Shown piece by piece: positions 22,701 to 36,200 of a stretch of DNA of 64,000 bases. A model generated the notes under the pieces. It was given only the letters and a program-made list of their open reading frames with translations. It was not told the DNA's origin and searched no databases. Position 1 is the stretch's first letter. Each line of letters starts with the position of its first letter. The stretch lies in the NCBI GenBank assembly GCA_002269645.1, contig NIVC01000345.1:77485-141484 (forward strand). The letters run 5' to 3'. The DNA comes from Macrostomum lignano. Lineage: Eukaryota. The position numbers and the translations under genes are program-made.

Positions 22701-25700
22701 ATTTATTAATTGCACTATATGAAACTATATTTATCTACTTCCTTACATTGCGAAAGTGTTGTTGAACACTAAAGACAAACATGGGCATGCGAGTACACCA
22801 GGAAGCTATAAGGGTACTTGCCTGCACTCGCGCGACTTTTCTTGCAAAAGAAGAGAGAACGCCGAGCTTTGCTTGTAAACACCCACCCCTAGCCCCGCAA
22901 GAAGCCTGCTGCAGGTTGCTTTTTGACCAAAAATTCATCAATCATCGCTCTTTCTTCTCTACCCTTCTCTCTCTCTCTCTCTCTCGTCTGTCTTGAAACT
23001 TGAAATTCTTTGATCTACAGGCTAGAACGATTTGTATGCTAGCATATTTCTTTTGCTTCAAGCTACGACTTCTCAACTTTAATTTTCCATTTTCTTGGAT
23101 GTGCTTTTTTTCTCGGCATGTCTTCACTGCGCTTCATTTTCTTTTGATGTTGATTTCGTCTTTCTATGATTGACTAGATTCTATCATGTCCATCTTTAAT
23201 TTTCCTTGTCATTGCTTTTCGCATCTCAACATCCCTCATCTCCCCATCCCTCATCTCCGATCCCTCATCTCTGCATCTCTCATCTCCCATCCCTCATCTC
23301 CCCATCCCTCATCTCCCCATCCCTCATCTCCCATCCCTCATCTCCCCATCCCTCATCTCCGATCCCTCATCTCCCCATCCTTCATCTCCCATCCCTCATC
23401 TCCCCATCCCTTATCTCCCATCCCTCATCTCCCATCCCATCCCTCATCTCCCCATCCCTCATCTACCATCCCTCATCTCGCCATCCCTCATCTCCCCATC
23501 TCTCATCTCCGATCCCTCATCTTCCATCCCTCATCTTCCATCCCTCATCTCCCATCCCTCATCTCCCATCCTTCATCTCCCATCTCTCATCTCCGATCCC
23601 TCATCTCCCATCCCTCATCTCCGATCCCTCATCTTCCATCCCTCATCTCCCTATCCCTCATCTCCGATCCCTCATCTCCTATCCCTCATCTCCGATCCCT
23701 CATCTCCCATCCCTCATCTCCGCATCCCTCATCTCCCCATCCACCATCTCCCCATCCCTCATCTCCCATCTCTCATCTCCTATCCCTCATCTCCGCATCC
23801 CTCATCTCCCCATCCATCATCTCCCCATCCCTCATCTCCCATCTCTCATCTCCCATCTCTCATCTCCTATCCCTCATCTCCGCATCCCTCATCTCCCCAT
23901 CCATCATCTCCCCATCCCTCATCTCCCATCTCTCATCTCCTATCCCTCATCTCCGATCCCTCATCTCCCATCCCTCATCTCCGATGCCTCATCTCCTATC
24001 CCTCATCTCCGATCCCTCATCTCTGCATCTCTCATCTCCTATCCCTCATCTCCGATCCCTCATCTCCCATCCCTCATCTCCTATCCCTCATCTCCTATCC
24101 CTCATCTCCGATCCCTCATCTCCCCATCCATCATCTCCCCATCCCTCATCTCCCATCTCTCATCTCCTATCCCTCATCTCCGATCCCTCATCTCCCATCC
24201 CTCATCTCCGATCCCTCATCTCCTATCCCTCATCTCCGATCCCTCATCTCCCATCCCTCATCTCCGATCCCTCATCTCCCATCCCTCATCTCCCCATCCC
24301 TCATCTCCCCATCCCTCATCTCCCCATCCCTCATCTCCGCATCCCTCATCTCCCCATCCCTCATCTCCGCATCCCTCATCTCCCCATCCCTCATCTCCGC
24401 ATCCCTCATCTCCCCATCCCATCCCTCATCTCCCATCCCTCATCTCCGCATCTCTCATCTCCCCATCCCTCATCTCCCATCCCTCATCTCCCATCCCTCA
24501 TCTCCGCATCTCTCATCTCCCATCCCTCATCTCCCCATCCCTCATCTCCGCATCCCTCATCTCCTCATCCCTCATCTCTCTATCCCTCATCTCTCATCCC
24601 TTATTTCTCATTCCTCAAATTGTTGAAATATATGCACGAAATGTTAGCACCACACGTATGATTATCAGTTTAGATGTAAAGGGCGGGTTTATTTTAAAAT
24701 TTACATTAAAGCATCAGGGCAACTAGTAAGGCCTCAAGGCTGCATTTAAATTGGTCCGCTAGACGGCAAGGGAGAGTTTTGCTGAATATCGATTTTGCAT
24801 AATGTCGCTGTTCGGCTAGAAAAAATCGAAAAATAGATAGGATATTTCCTGAAATTCCTTCCTTCAAAAAAATTCCGGCAGAGATGGCCGCAGTGTAGAC
24901 TTTTCCTCCGAATTCCAAATTAATTCGTTTTCCGCTTTATCCTCTGTTTACAGCAGATTTTGATAAGCTTGAAATGACTAATGCATACAGTGTTTAAATG
25001 GCGGAGTTATCTGTTAGTTAAATAAGAGTACATCTGTCTGGCGAAATTCTGAGTTCAAAATAATAATGATATAATGTAATAAAGTACAATGGTAAGCATC
25101 GTTGAATCTGCGCGATAACTGAGATAGGGGCGCCAAATTTAAGATCGAGGCGCCAGTTTAAGATCGAGGCGCCAATTTAAGATCAAGGCGCCAAATTTAA
25201 GATCAAGGCGCCAAATTTAAGATCAAGGCGCCAAATTTAAGATCAAGGCGCCAAATTTAAGATCAAGGCGCCAAATTTAAGATCGAGGCGCAAAATTTAA
25301 GATCAAGGCGCCAAATTCGAGATCAAAGCGCCAAATTTAAGATCAAGGCGCCAAATTTAAGACCGAGGCGCCAAATTTAAGATCAAGGCGCCAAATTTAA
25401 GATCAAGGCGCCAAATTTAAGATCGAGGCGCCTAATTTAAGATCAAGGCGCCAAATTTAAGATCAAGGCGCCAAATTTAAGATCGAAGCGCCAAATTTAA
25501 GATCAAGGCGCCAAATTTAAGATCAAAGCGCCAAATTTAAGATCAAGGCGCCAAATTTAAGATCAAGGCGCCAAATTTAAGATCAAGGCGCAAAATTTAA
25601 TATCAAGACGCCAAATTTAGGATCGATGCGCCAAATTTAAGATCAAGGCGCCAAATTTAAGATCAAGGCGCCAAATTTAAGATCAAGGCGCCAAATTTAA

Positions 25701-28700
25701 GATCAAGGCGGCAAATTTAAGATCAAGGCGCCAAATTTAAGATCAAGGCACCAAATTTAAGATCGAAGCGCCAAATTTAAGATCAAAGCGCCAAATTTAA
25801 GATCGAAGCGCCAAATTTAAGATCAAAGCGCCAAATTTAAGATCAAGGCGCCAAATTTAAGATCGAGGCGCCTAATTTAAGATCAAGGCGCCTAATTTAA
25901 GATCAAGGCGCCAAATTTAAGATCAAGGCGCCAAATTTAAGATCAAGGCGCCAAATTTAAGATCAAGGCGCCAAATTTAAGATCAAGACGCCAAATTTAA
26001 GATCAAGGCGCCAAATTTAAGATCAAGGCGCCAAATTTAAGATCGAAGCGCCAATTTTAAGATCAAGGCGCCAAATTTAAGATTAAGGCGCCTAATTTAA
26101 GATCAAGGCGCCAAATTTAAGATCGAAGCGCCAAATTTAAGATCAAAGCGCCAAATTTAAGATCAAGGCGCCAAATTTAAGATCGAAGCGCCAAATTTAA
26201 GATCAAAGCGCCAAATTTAAGATCAAGGCGCCAAATTTAAGATCGAGGCACTAAATTTAAGATCAAGGCGCCAAATTTAAGATCGAAGCGCCAAATTTAA
26301 GATCAAGGCGCCAAATTTAAGATCAAAGCGCCAAATTTAAGATCAAAGCGCCAAATTTAAGATCAAGGCGCCAAATTTAAGATCAAAGCGCCAAATTTAA
26401 GATCAAGGCGCCAAATTTAAGATCGAGGCACTAAATTTAAGATCAAGGCGCCAAATTTAAGATCAAAGCGCCAAATTTAAGATCGAAGCGCCAAATTTAA
26501 GATCAAGGCGCCAAATTTAAGATCAAAGCGCCAAATTTAAGATCAAAGCGCCAAATTTAAGATCGAAGCGCCAAATTTAAGATCAAAGCGCCAAATTTAA
26601 GATCAAGGCGCCAAATTTAAGATCAAGGCGCCAAATTTAAAATAGGGGTGCCCGATCTAAATTATAAAACAAGACGCCAACTCCGTAAGAACAACTTTAG
26701 GTGATTATTACAGATTGCCACCCTAAACCCGCTCTTTCGATTTGCTCAAGGTTGTGGTCTCCGAGGTGAAGAATTTGAAATGCGTGCCCGGCAACCGCAT
26801 CGTCTACTGCACTATGGAGGTGGAGGGCGGCGAGAAACTGCAAACTGATCAAGCTGAGGCCTCCAGACCCATGTGGGACACGCAGGGCGATTTTTCAACA
26901 TCGCATCCGTTACCAATTGTTAAAGTGAAACTGTTCGCCGAAAATGCCAGAATGTTGAGCTTTGAGGATCGCGAATTGGGCAAGGTGAAGAGGTTTAAGG
27001 CGCAGTATTACGGATTTTTTGGGGGGATTAACGAAACGTAAAGGATTAGAGGGATGTACTTTAAAGTATGTTTTGTAGGAATAATTTGATGTACTGTCAA
27101 AGCGATTAAGAGGGTTTCTAAGAGGATCGCTCTCAAACAGATAAAGGTTATTCTCAAAAAAGTGGTTAAGGATTTTCTCAGGGATTATTGATCTTCTCAG
27201 AGGGATAACATACTCGTATTTTTCGAATGGATTAAAAGTGTTCTCAAAGGGATTAAAGGTGTTCTCAAAGGGATTAAAGGTGTTCTCAAAGGAATTAACG
27301 GTGTTCTCAACGGGATTAAAGGTGTTCTCAACGGGATTGAGGGTGTTCTCAACGGGATTAAGAGTGTTCTCAACGGGATTAAAGGTGTTCTCAAAGGGAT
27401 TAAAGGTGTTCTCAAAGGGATTAAAGGTGTTCTCAAAGGGATTAAGGGTGTTCTCAACAGGATTAAAGGTGTTCTCAAAATGATTGAGGGTGTTCCCAAC
27501 GGGATTAAAGGTGTTCTCAAAGGGATTAAGGGTGTTCTCAAACGGGATTAAAGGTGTTCTCAAAGGGATTAAAGGTGTTCTCAAAGGAATTAAGGGTGTT
27601 CTCAACGGGATTAAAGGTGTTCTCAACGGGATTGAGGGTGTTCTCAACGGGATTAAAGGTGTTCTCAACGGGATTAAAGGTGTTCTCAAAGGAATTAAGG
27701 GTGTTCTCAACGGGATTAAAGGTGTTCTCAACGGGATTAAAGGTGTTCTCAAAGGAATTAAGGGTGTTCTCAACGGGATTAAAGGTGTTCTCAACGCGAC
27801 TAAAGGTGTTCTCAAAGGAATTAAGGGTGTTCTCAACGCGATTAAGGGTGTTCTCAACGGGATTAAAGGTGTTCTCAAAGGAATTAAGGGTGTTCTCAAC
27901 GGGATTAAAGGTGTTCTCAACGGGATTAAAGGTGTTCTCAAAGGAATTAATGGTACTTTAAAAGTGTTAGGTGGTTGTGGAATAAAATGTTTATGGAATT
28001 TTAAATGGAATAAAATGTTTTATAGGAGATTACATGCGTTTTAGAAGCATTGACAGATGCTACATTGTAATTAGAATGTACTTATAACTTGCATCAATGA
28101 TTAAGCGCGGCCTGATAAATGAATCGCGGCCACTTGTTTATCTGACTCTCCCCCGCCGCAGGTGCTGATCAGGCCCACCTGCACCACGGCAAAGGGTCCC
28201 GAGTGGTACCGCATGACCACCAGCAAAGGCTGCCCGGATGATTTGCGCATCAAAATTGTTGTTCGAATGGAGAAGCCATCAAATTTGAAGCACTGCGGCT
28301 GGCTGTGGGCCGTGGGAAAATCTGTGTTTAAGAAGTGGAAAAAGCGCTACATGTGTCTCATTCAGGTAATGCGCTTGCCTTGGTAATGTATTGGTGTCTC
28401 AATTATAGTACACGTAAAATGGTTGTTGAGCTGTGGATATTGTGGTGCGTGTAACATTATATAACCATTACGGTATACAATGATCTATCATTGTTTCTGA
28501 TTTGTACTGTGTACAGTGCTTTTATCTGTGTACTTACCTTTGATATTGTGCGTGTATGGTGTACAGTACTTTAATGTGTTAACTAACTTTTGAAATATGA
28601 AATATTTACAGTAGTTACATAGAAAAGATTGTAATATAAACTGTACACTATAATGTAAACTGTACACTATAATGTAAACTGTACACTATAATATAAACTG

Positions 28701-31700
28701 TACACTATAATGTAAACTGTACACTATAATATAAACTGTACAATATACTGTAAACTGTACACCATTATGTTAACTGTACACTATAATGTCAACTGTACAC
28801 TATAATATAAACTGTACAATATACTGTAAACTGTACACCATTATGTTAACTGTACACTATAATGTAAACTGTACACTATAATGTTAACTGTACACTATAA
28901 TGTAAACTGTACACTATAATGAAAACTGTACAATATACTGTAAACTGTACACTACAATGTAAACTTTACACTATAATGTTAACGGTACACTATAATGTAA
29001 ACTGTACACTATAATGTTAACTGTACACTACAATGTAAACTGTACACTATAATGAAAACTGTACAATATACTGTAAACTGTACACTATAATTTAAACTGT
29101 ACACTATAATGTAAACTGTAAAATATACTGTAAACTGTACAATATACTGTAAACTGTACACCATTATGTAAACTGTACACTATAATGTAAACTGTATGCA
29201 GTGTTACTAATTTATAATGCATATATAATGTGCTAGTTAAACTACTACAACAGTTACTACTGAGCAGCTAAATTTCAACAAACTCATTTGTTTATCTTCA
29301 CCCAAAGGAGATGAAAAAGAAACAGTTTCTTAGCAAACTTAATTGGTAAGATTCCATATCTATAATTATCTTCATTGACTTTTAATTAATGGTTTAACAT
29401 GTTTCCTTTGTATTATTGATAAACTAGATGAATGAATGCTTTTTGTTAAACTTTTTTCATTGCACTTCGAGCGGAACGTTGACTTTGGTAGATTTAACAC
29501 AACTTTTGAATATGAGAAATCATTTATAATTGCAAATAGCCCGTAAACTGATTGCGTATAGGACAATCTGAACTTTAATTATTAATTTTTATAAAATTTG
29601 ATATCAAAACTGCAGCATGCACTACTGTTCTATGATTGAAGATCATTTTTGCACGTGTAGCCACTATTAATAAATGAATCTTTCTCTCACATTGCAACAA
29701 ATTTTTTAATTAGTAAAACTTTTTCATTAGTTTGCATTGCATCATTCTGAAAATGGTAATTTAAAATTGCTCTTGTACATGCTAAATTCTATTTGTAAAC
29801 TTAGACAACTTATTATTTTATACAATTTTTTGCCAACAATTTTGTTCGGTCTTTAGTAGCATTTATTAATTGATTCCTTTAATTTTTAATAGATAGAAGA
29901 GCTGGAAGAAAATATTCGATTTTTGTTACTATTATGCGCTATAAGTAGTATGGCTAGAATCTTACGCTGATATTTAAAATAAGTGAAACTAGAGGTTTCG
30001 TATCGTGTTTGTCAACTGAGCGCCGAAATTTTAACATCTTTCTTAGAAAGGGCGATTTTTGGCTCCAAAATAGCATACTTTCAGGTTAGCGCCAAAACTG
30101 TATAGCGTCAGGCTGGCGCCAAAACTGTATGGCGTCAAGTTGGCGCTAAAACAGCATAACTTCAGATTAGCGCCAAAACATTGTACTCGTAGCGTCAGGC
30201 TAACGCCAAAACAGCATAGCGTCAGGCTGGCGCCAAAACATTTTAGCGTCAGGTTGGCGCCAAAACATTTTAGCATCAGGCTGGCGCCGAAAAGGTGTAG
30301 CGTCAGGTTGGCGCCAAAATGTTATAGAGTCAGGTAGGCGCCAAAACAGTATACATGTAGTGTCAGGTTGGCGCCAAACAGTAGTATACATGTAGTGTCA
30401 GACTGGCGCCAAAACTTACTAGTCAGATTGGCGCCAAAACTTACTAGTCAGATTGGCGCCAAAACTTACTAGTCAGATTGGCGCCAAAACTTACTAGTCA
30501 GATTGGCGCCAAAACTTACTAGTCAGATTGGCGCCAAAACTTACTAGTCAGATTGGCGCCAAAACTTACTAGTCAGATTGGCGCCAAAACTTACTAGTCA
30601 GATTGGCGCCAAAACTTACTAGTCAGATTGGCGCCAAAACTTACTAGTCAGATTGGCGCCAAAGTTATAGTATCAGATTAGCGCTAAAATAGTGTAGTTT
30701 TTTATTATTCTGCACCAAAAGCAGAATTTCAATGCCCGACTGTCTTTAACTCGCCAGTTCGAATTTCTCAACCCCTCTGCAGGTCAGTCAGTACAATTTC
30801 GTCATGGCATCGTTTCGAGAGAAGAAATCCGAACCCATGGAGGTGACCACCTCGGCGACTACACCGTTGACTACCTGATCGAGACTCCACCTGAGCTGCT
30901 GGCCGAAGCTGCCAGCGGTAAATTCTGCTTCTTCAACACCGTACGAGAGGGAGATTGCGTCACCTACGCTAGCGAAGACGACACGGACAGGCAGTTGTGG
31001 GTGCAAGCAATCTACAGAGCTACTGGCCAGACTCACAAGCCTGTAGCTCCATCGCAACCGGCTGCTCAGAGGATCTCCAGCACCCAGATGCACAAGATGG
31101 CTGGCGAAGCTGATAAGGCGAAGCGAGCCGGTCTGGAGGAGTTCCTGCACGCTGACCCATGCCAGTGCGATCATGTGGCGCTGTTCCGCAGGCTGCAGGT
31201 TCTCACGTTAGACTATCGATTGAACGATCCCTACACTAGTCTTGGTTGGTTTAGTCCCGGTCAAGTCTTTGTCCTAGACGAGTACTGCGCCAGGTACGGA
31301 GTTCGAGGCTGCCAGCGTCACGTGTTCTACATGGAAGATTTGTTAAACGCCGCCGATAAAGGATTTATGATTGATCCGACTTTGATTCATTATAGCTTCG
31401 CGTTCTGCGCCTCCCACGTGCATGGCAATCGGTTAGTTATGTATATATTATGCTTGCTAACTACTGTCAGTAGCTGTCTAGGGCGGCAATTCGGCCAAGT
31501 TTACATCTGTGGCGCCAAACTCACCTCTGTGGCGCCCAAGTTCTCCTCTTTAGCGCCAAACTCACCTCTGTGGCGCCAAATTTACATCTGTGGCGCCAAA
31601 CTCACCTCTGTGGCGCCAAACTCGCCTCTGTGGCACCAACTTCTCTTTAGCGCTAAACTCACCTCTGTGGCGCCAAATTTACATCTGTGGCGCCAAACTC

Positions 31701-32399
31701 ACCTCTGTGGCGCCAAATTTGCCTCTCTGTCGCCGAATTTATCTTTGTGGCGCTAAATTTACCTCTTTGGCGCCGAATTAAACTCTGTAGTGCCAAGTTC
31801 TCCTCTCTGCCAAGTTCTTCTCTGTGGCGCCAAAAACACTTATGCGGCGCTAAATAAACCTGAGGGACACTAAACTCACCTAAGGGCGCCAAAGTCACCC
31901 GAGAGGCGCCAAATTATCTGAAGTTCTCTAATGAAACGGCAAAAAGCAGACTGATAAAACAAATCCAATTTCAAATTTTAGCCCGGACGGCATTGGCACG
32001 GTCCTCTACGACGAACGAGTTCGATTCGAAGATGTCAAACGACGCCTAAAAGAGTTGTTGATGCGACAAATCACCGAATTCCGATATTATTTTCCTTTCG
32101 GCCGACCGGAGGGCGCGCTCAAAGGGACTTTGTCGCTGTTGGAAAGGGTGATTAACTGGGCTTGTTTTTTTATATAGCAAGTCTGCCGATATGTATCGAA
32201 AAATATCTTTATCAATGTACATTTTTTAAAAACTAATACTAATACAAACAGGTGCTGATGAAGGACATTGTTACTCCGGTGGACGCCGACGAAGTGCGGA
32301 AAGTTGTGCGCAGCTGTCTTGAAGAGGCGGCCAGATTGAATTACAGCAGGATTGCCGACTTCTCCAATATTGAAGGTCTGTCTGTCTGTCTATCTGTCC

Positions 32400-32440
<41 letters not shown>

Positions 32441-32488
32441 CCTGTGTGTGTGTGTGTCTGTCTGTCTGTCTTTCTGTCTGTCTGTCTA

Positions 32489-32547
<59 letters not shown>

Positions 32548-32548
32548 T

Positions 32549-32589
<41 letters not shown>

Positions 32590-32641
32590 CTGTGTGTGTG
32601 TGTCTGTCTGTCTGTCTTTCTGTCTGTCTGTCTATCTGTCC

Positions 32642-32696
<55 letters not shown>

Positions 32697-32784
32697 CGTA
32701 TGTCTGTGTGTGTCTGTCTGTGTGTGTCTGTCTGTCTGTGTGTGTGTGTGTGTCTGTCTGTCTTTCTGTCTGTCTGTCTGTCTA

Positions 32785-32825
<41 letters not shown>

Positions 32826-32872
32826 GTCGGTCTGTCTGTCTGTCTGTTTGTCTATCCGTCTGTCTGTGTGTT

Positions 32873-32941
<69 letters not shown>

Positions 32942-32998
32942 CTGTGTGTGTCTGTCTGTCTGTGTGTGTGCGTGTCTGTCTTTCTGTCTGTCTGTCTA

Positions 32999-33051
<53 letters not shown>

Positions 33052-33055
33052 GTCG

Positions 33056-33097
<42 letters not shown>

Positions 33098-33100
33098 TTA

Positions 33101-33141
<41 letters not shown>

Positions 33142-33142
33142 A

Positions 33143-33177
<35 letters not shown>

Positions 33178-33178
33178 A

Positions 33179-33223
<45 letters not shown>

Positions 33224-36200
33224 GTCTGTCTGTCTGTCTGTCTTAGTGTCTGTCCATCTGTCTTAGTTGTTCTGACAGTATTAACAACCATAGCCGCCAT
33301 CTAATTGCCTCCAAACCAATCCAGTATTGACCACCCAATTGTCGAGCCGGTCGCCCAGCATAAGGAGTGTTTATAACCCAAGTTAGTTGGTTCCAAATTC
33401 TCTCCGTTTATTGACTGTATTGACCACTATCAATATTCCATGGGGGAGATTCTTTGTTTACCTTGGTGTGGAAGGTTCTGGTTTTACTTTTAAATGTCCG
33501 TCATTAGTATCTCTTCTGTTTTAACATTTCACGCAAAATCTTTTTCACCTGTCGCAGAAATTGTCCAATCTGATGTTCCTACGGAGAAGAAGCTGGAGAG
33601 CATTGTACACCTAGCCGAGATGTGCATTGAAGTTTTGCAACAGAACGAGGAACATCATTCCGAGGTAATGTGGTGCTTTATTTACAAAACGAATTTTATT
33701 GACAAGAGAAACAATGAACTTTTGTGCAAAGAAGCTCACCCTCTAAATATAATTTGTCCTTTAATTTTTTCTCTCAAATTTTAGGAGTGCAGAGAGGTAA
33801 ACGCGAAATCCTCCACAAAATCTTTAATATTTCTTTTCTATTTTTTCTCTATTTTTGGATTATAGTGTGATATACATACTACTATATTACTACTGTTAAT
33901 AATGTAAGACATGGTTATTAGTCTATGGCCTTAACTGCATGCAATGTTTTGGTCAGTTATATGTCCATGGGGTCATTTCTAAACTGGTATTAAGACTCGC
34001 TGTTCATTATTGTCTATGGCACATAATAGGGAATGCACGCTAGGCACGCTGGAAGTGTAAGTTGTCAAAATCAAAGTGTTAATTAATACCTAAATTGTCT
34101 ATGGCAATCAAGAAGGCTCTTTCCCGTTTGCCATTCCCATATCTAGTTCGAGCCAACCGACAGACAGTAGTCTATGGTCTGAAACTAACCAATCACAAGA
34201 CAGAATGGCCATAGACACTTTAACTGCTTCACATGTTACAGCCAAGGACAACTCAAGTGAAAGGACGGGAGACTAGCAACGTTTCTTACAGAAAGTTAAG
34301 GAGGCTGCTTTTCGCCGAAAAATACACTATGGCGATAGGAACTTCTCACGTTTTTCATAATAAAATTGTTATTGCTTTTGATGGGAGGAAGACCCTATGT
34401 TCATCTTTTGATATGTTGTGCCTTTCTTATGGCTCTATTGATATTTATAGGGAAAAACATATGATGAGCATAAGATCTGCCTTCTATCAAAAGCAATAAC
34501 AATTTTAATATGAAAAAAACGTGAAAAGTTGTCCTTAATTACAACATTGAGCCCGGAATTCGCTTGCCCAACTTTCTCAAACTGTGTGCTCTCACGGACC
34601 CATTTTGTGTCATTAGACAATTTACGAAAATCCTCAACGGATTGATTCTCAATTGCTCATTTGGCATGGAGAATACTATATTAAAGGATTAACGCAAATG
34701 TTTGTTATAAAGCATTTTAAAATCCTCAGATTTGTAGACCAATACTAAAGATAAAGATTATAATTTATGCGGAAAATTAGTTAACACAAGTTAGAAAGTA
34801 TTAGTAAACATAAGATACTTTCTGCGCAGTGCTTTCACTCTATGTATATACTACTCACTTCAATCGCGCAAAAGTAGTCTACAATCTGTATATAACTTTT
34901 TGAGAGAAAACGTTTAATTATGAGTGCAAATTTTTATACACTATTTCCTAGTAGTTTCTGGGCACTTCATTGCGCTATTTTTTCTAATTATTTCATATAT
35001 GCAAACACTACTTCCTTGCAAGTCGATAGAAATGTCAATCAAGCTGATAGAAATGTCAATCAAGTTGATAAAATGTCAATCAAGTTGATAAAAATGTCAA
35101 TCAAGTTGATAAAAATGTCAATCAAGTTGATAAAATGTCAATCAAGTTGATAAAATGTCAATCAAGTTGATAAAATGTCAATCAAGTTGATAAAATGTCA
35201 ATCAAGTTGATAAAAATATCAATCAAACTAATAAAATGTCAATCAAACTAATAAAAATGTCAATCAAGCTGATAAAAATGTCAATCAAGCTGATAAAAAT
35301 GTCAATCAAGCTGATAAAAATGTCAATCAAGTTGATAAAATGTCAATCAAGTTGATAAAATGTCAATCAAGTTGATAAAATGTCAATCAAATTGATAAAA
35401 TGTCAATCAAGTTGATAAAATGTCAATCAAGTTGATAAAATGTCAATCAAGTTGATAAAAATATCAATCAAACTAATAAAATGTCAATCAAACTAATAAA
35501 AATGTCAATCAAGCTGATAAAAATGTCAATCAAGCTGATAAAAATGTCAATCAAGCTGATAAAAATGTCAATCAAGCTGATAAAAATGTCAATCAAGTTG
35601 ATAAAATGTCAATCAAGTTGATAAAATGTCAATCAAGCTGATTAAAATGTCAATCAAGTTGATAAAAATGTCAATCAAGTTGATAAAATGTCAATCAAGT
35701 TGATAAAATGTCAATCAAGTTGATAAAAATGTCAATCAAGTTGATAAAATGTCAATCAAGTTGATAAAATGTCAATCAAGTTGATAAAAATGTCAATCAA
35801 GCTGATAAAAATGTCAATCAAGTTGATAAAATGTCAATCAAACTAATAAAAATGTCAATCAAGTTGATAAAATGTCAATCAAGTTGATAAAATGTCAATC
35901 AAGTTGATAAAATGTCAATCAAGTTGATAAAAATGTCAATCAAGTTGATAAAATGTCAATCAAGTTGATAAAATGTCAATCAAGTTGATAAAAATGTCAA
36001 TCAAGTTCATAAAAATGTCAATCAAGTTGATAAAAATGTCAATCAAGTTGATAAAATGTCAATCAAGTTGATAAAAATGTCAATCAAGTTGATAAAATGT
36101 CAATCAAGTTGATAAAAATATCAATCAAACTAATAAAATGTCAATCAAACTAATAAAAATGTCAATCAAGCTGATAAAATGTCAATCAAGCTGATAAAAT

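Noticed and set aside
25127-26640. Regular 20-25 bp repeats as a possible CRISPR array
   Set aside because: The units are head-to-tail with no unique spacers, there are no cas genes, and the context is a spliceosomal intron.
32252-33304. Read-through of exon 9 (and exon 11) into intronic repeats, giving long open frames
   Set aside because: (GTCT)n and (CTACT)n simply lack stop codons, so openness is not evidence of selection.
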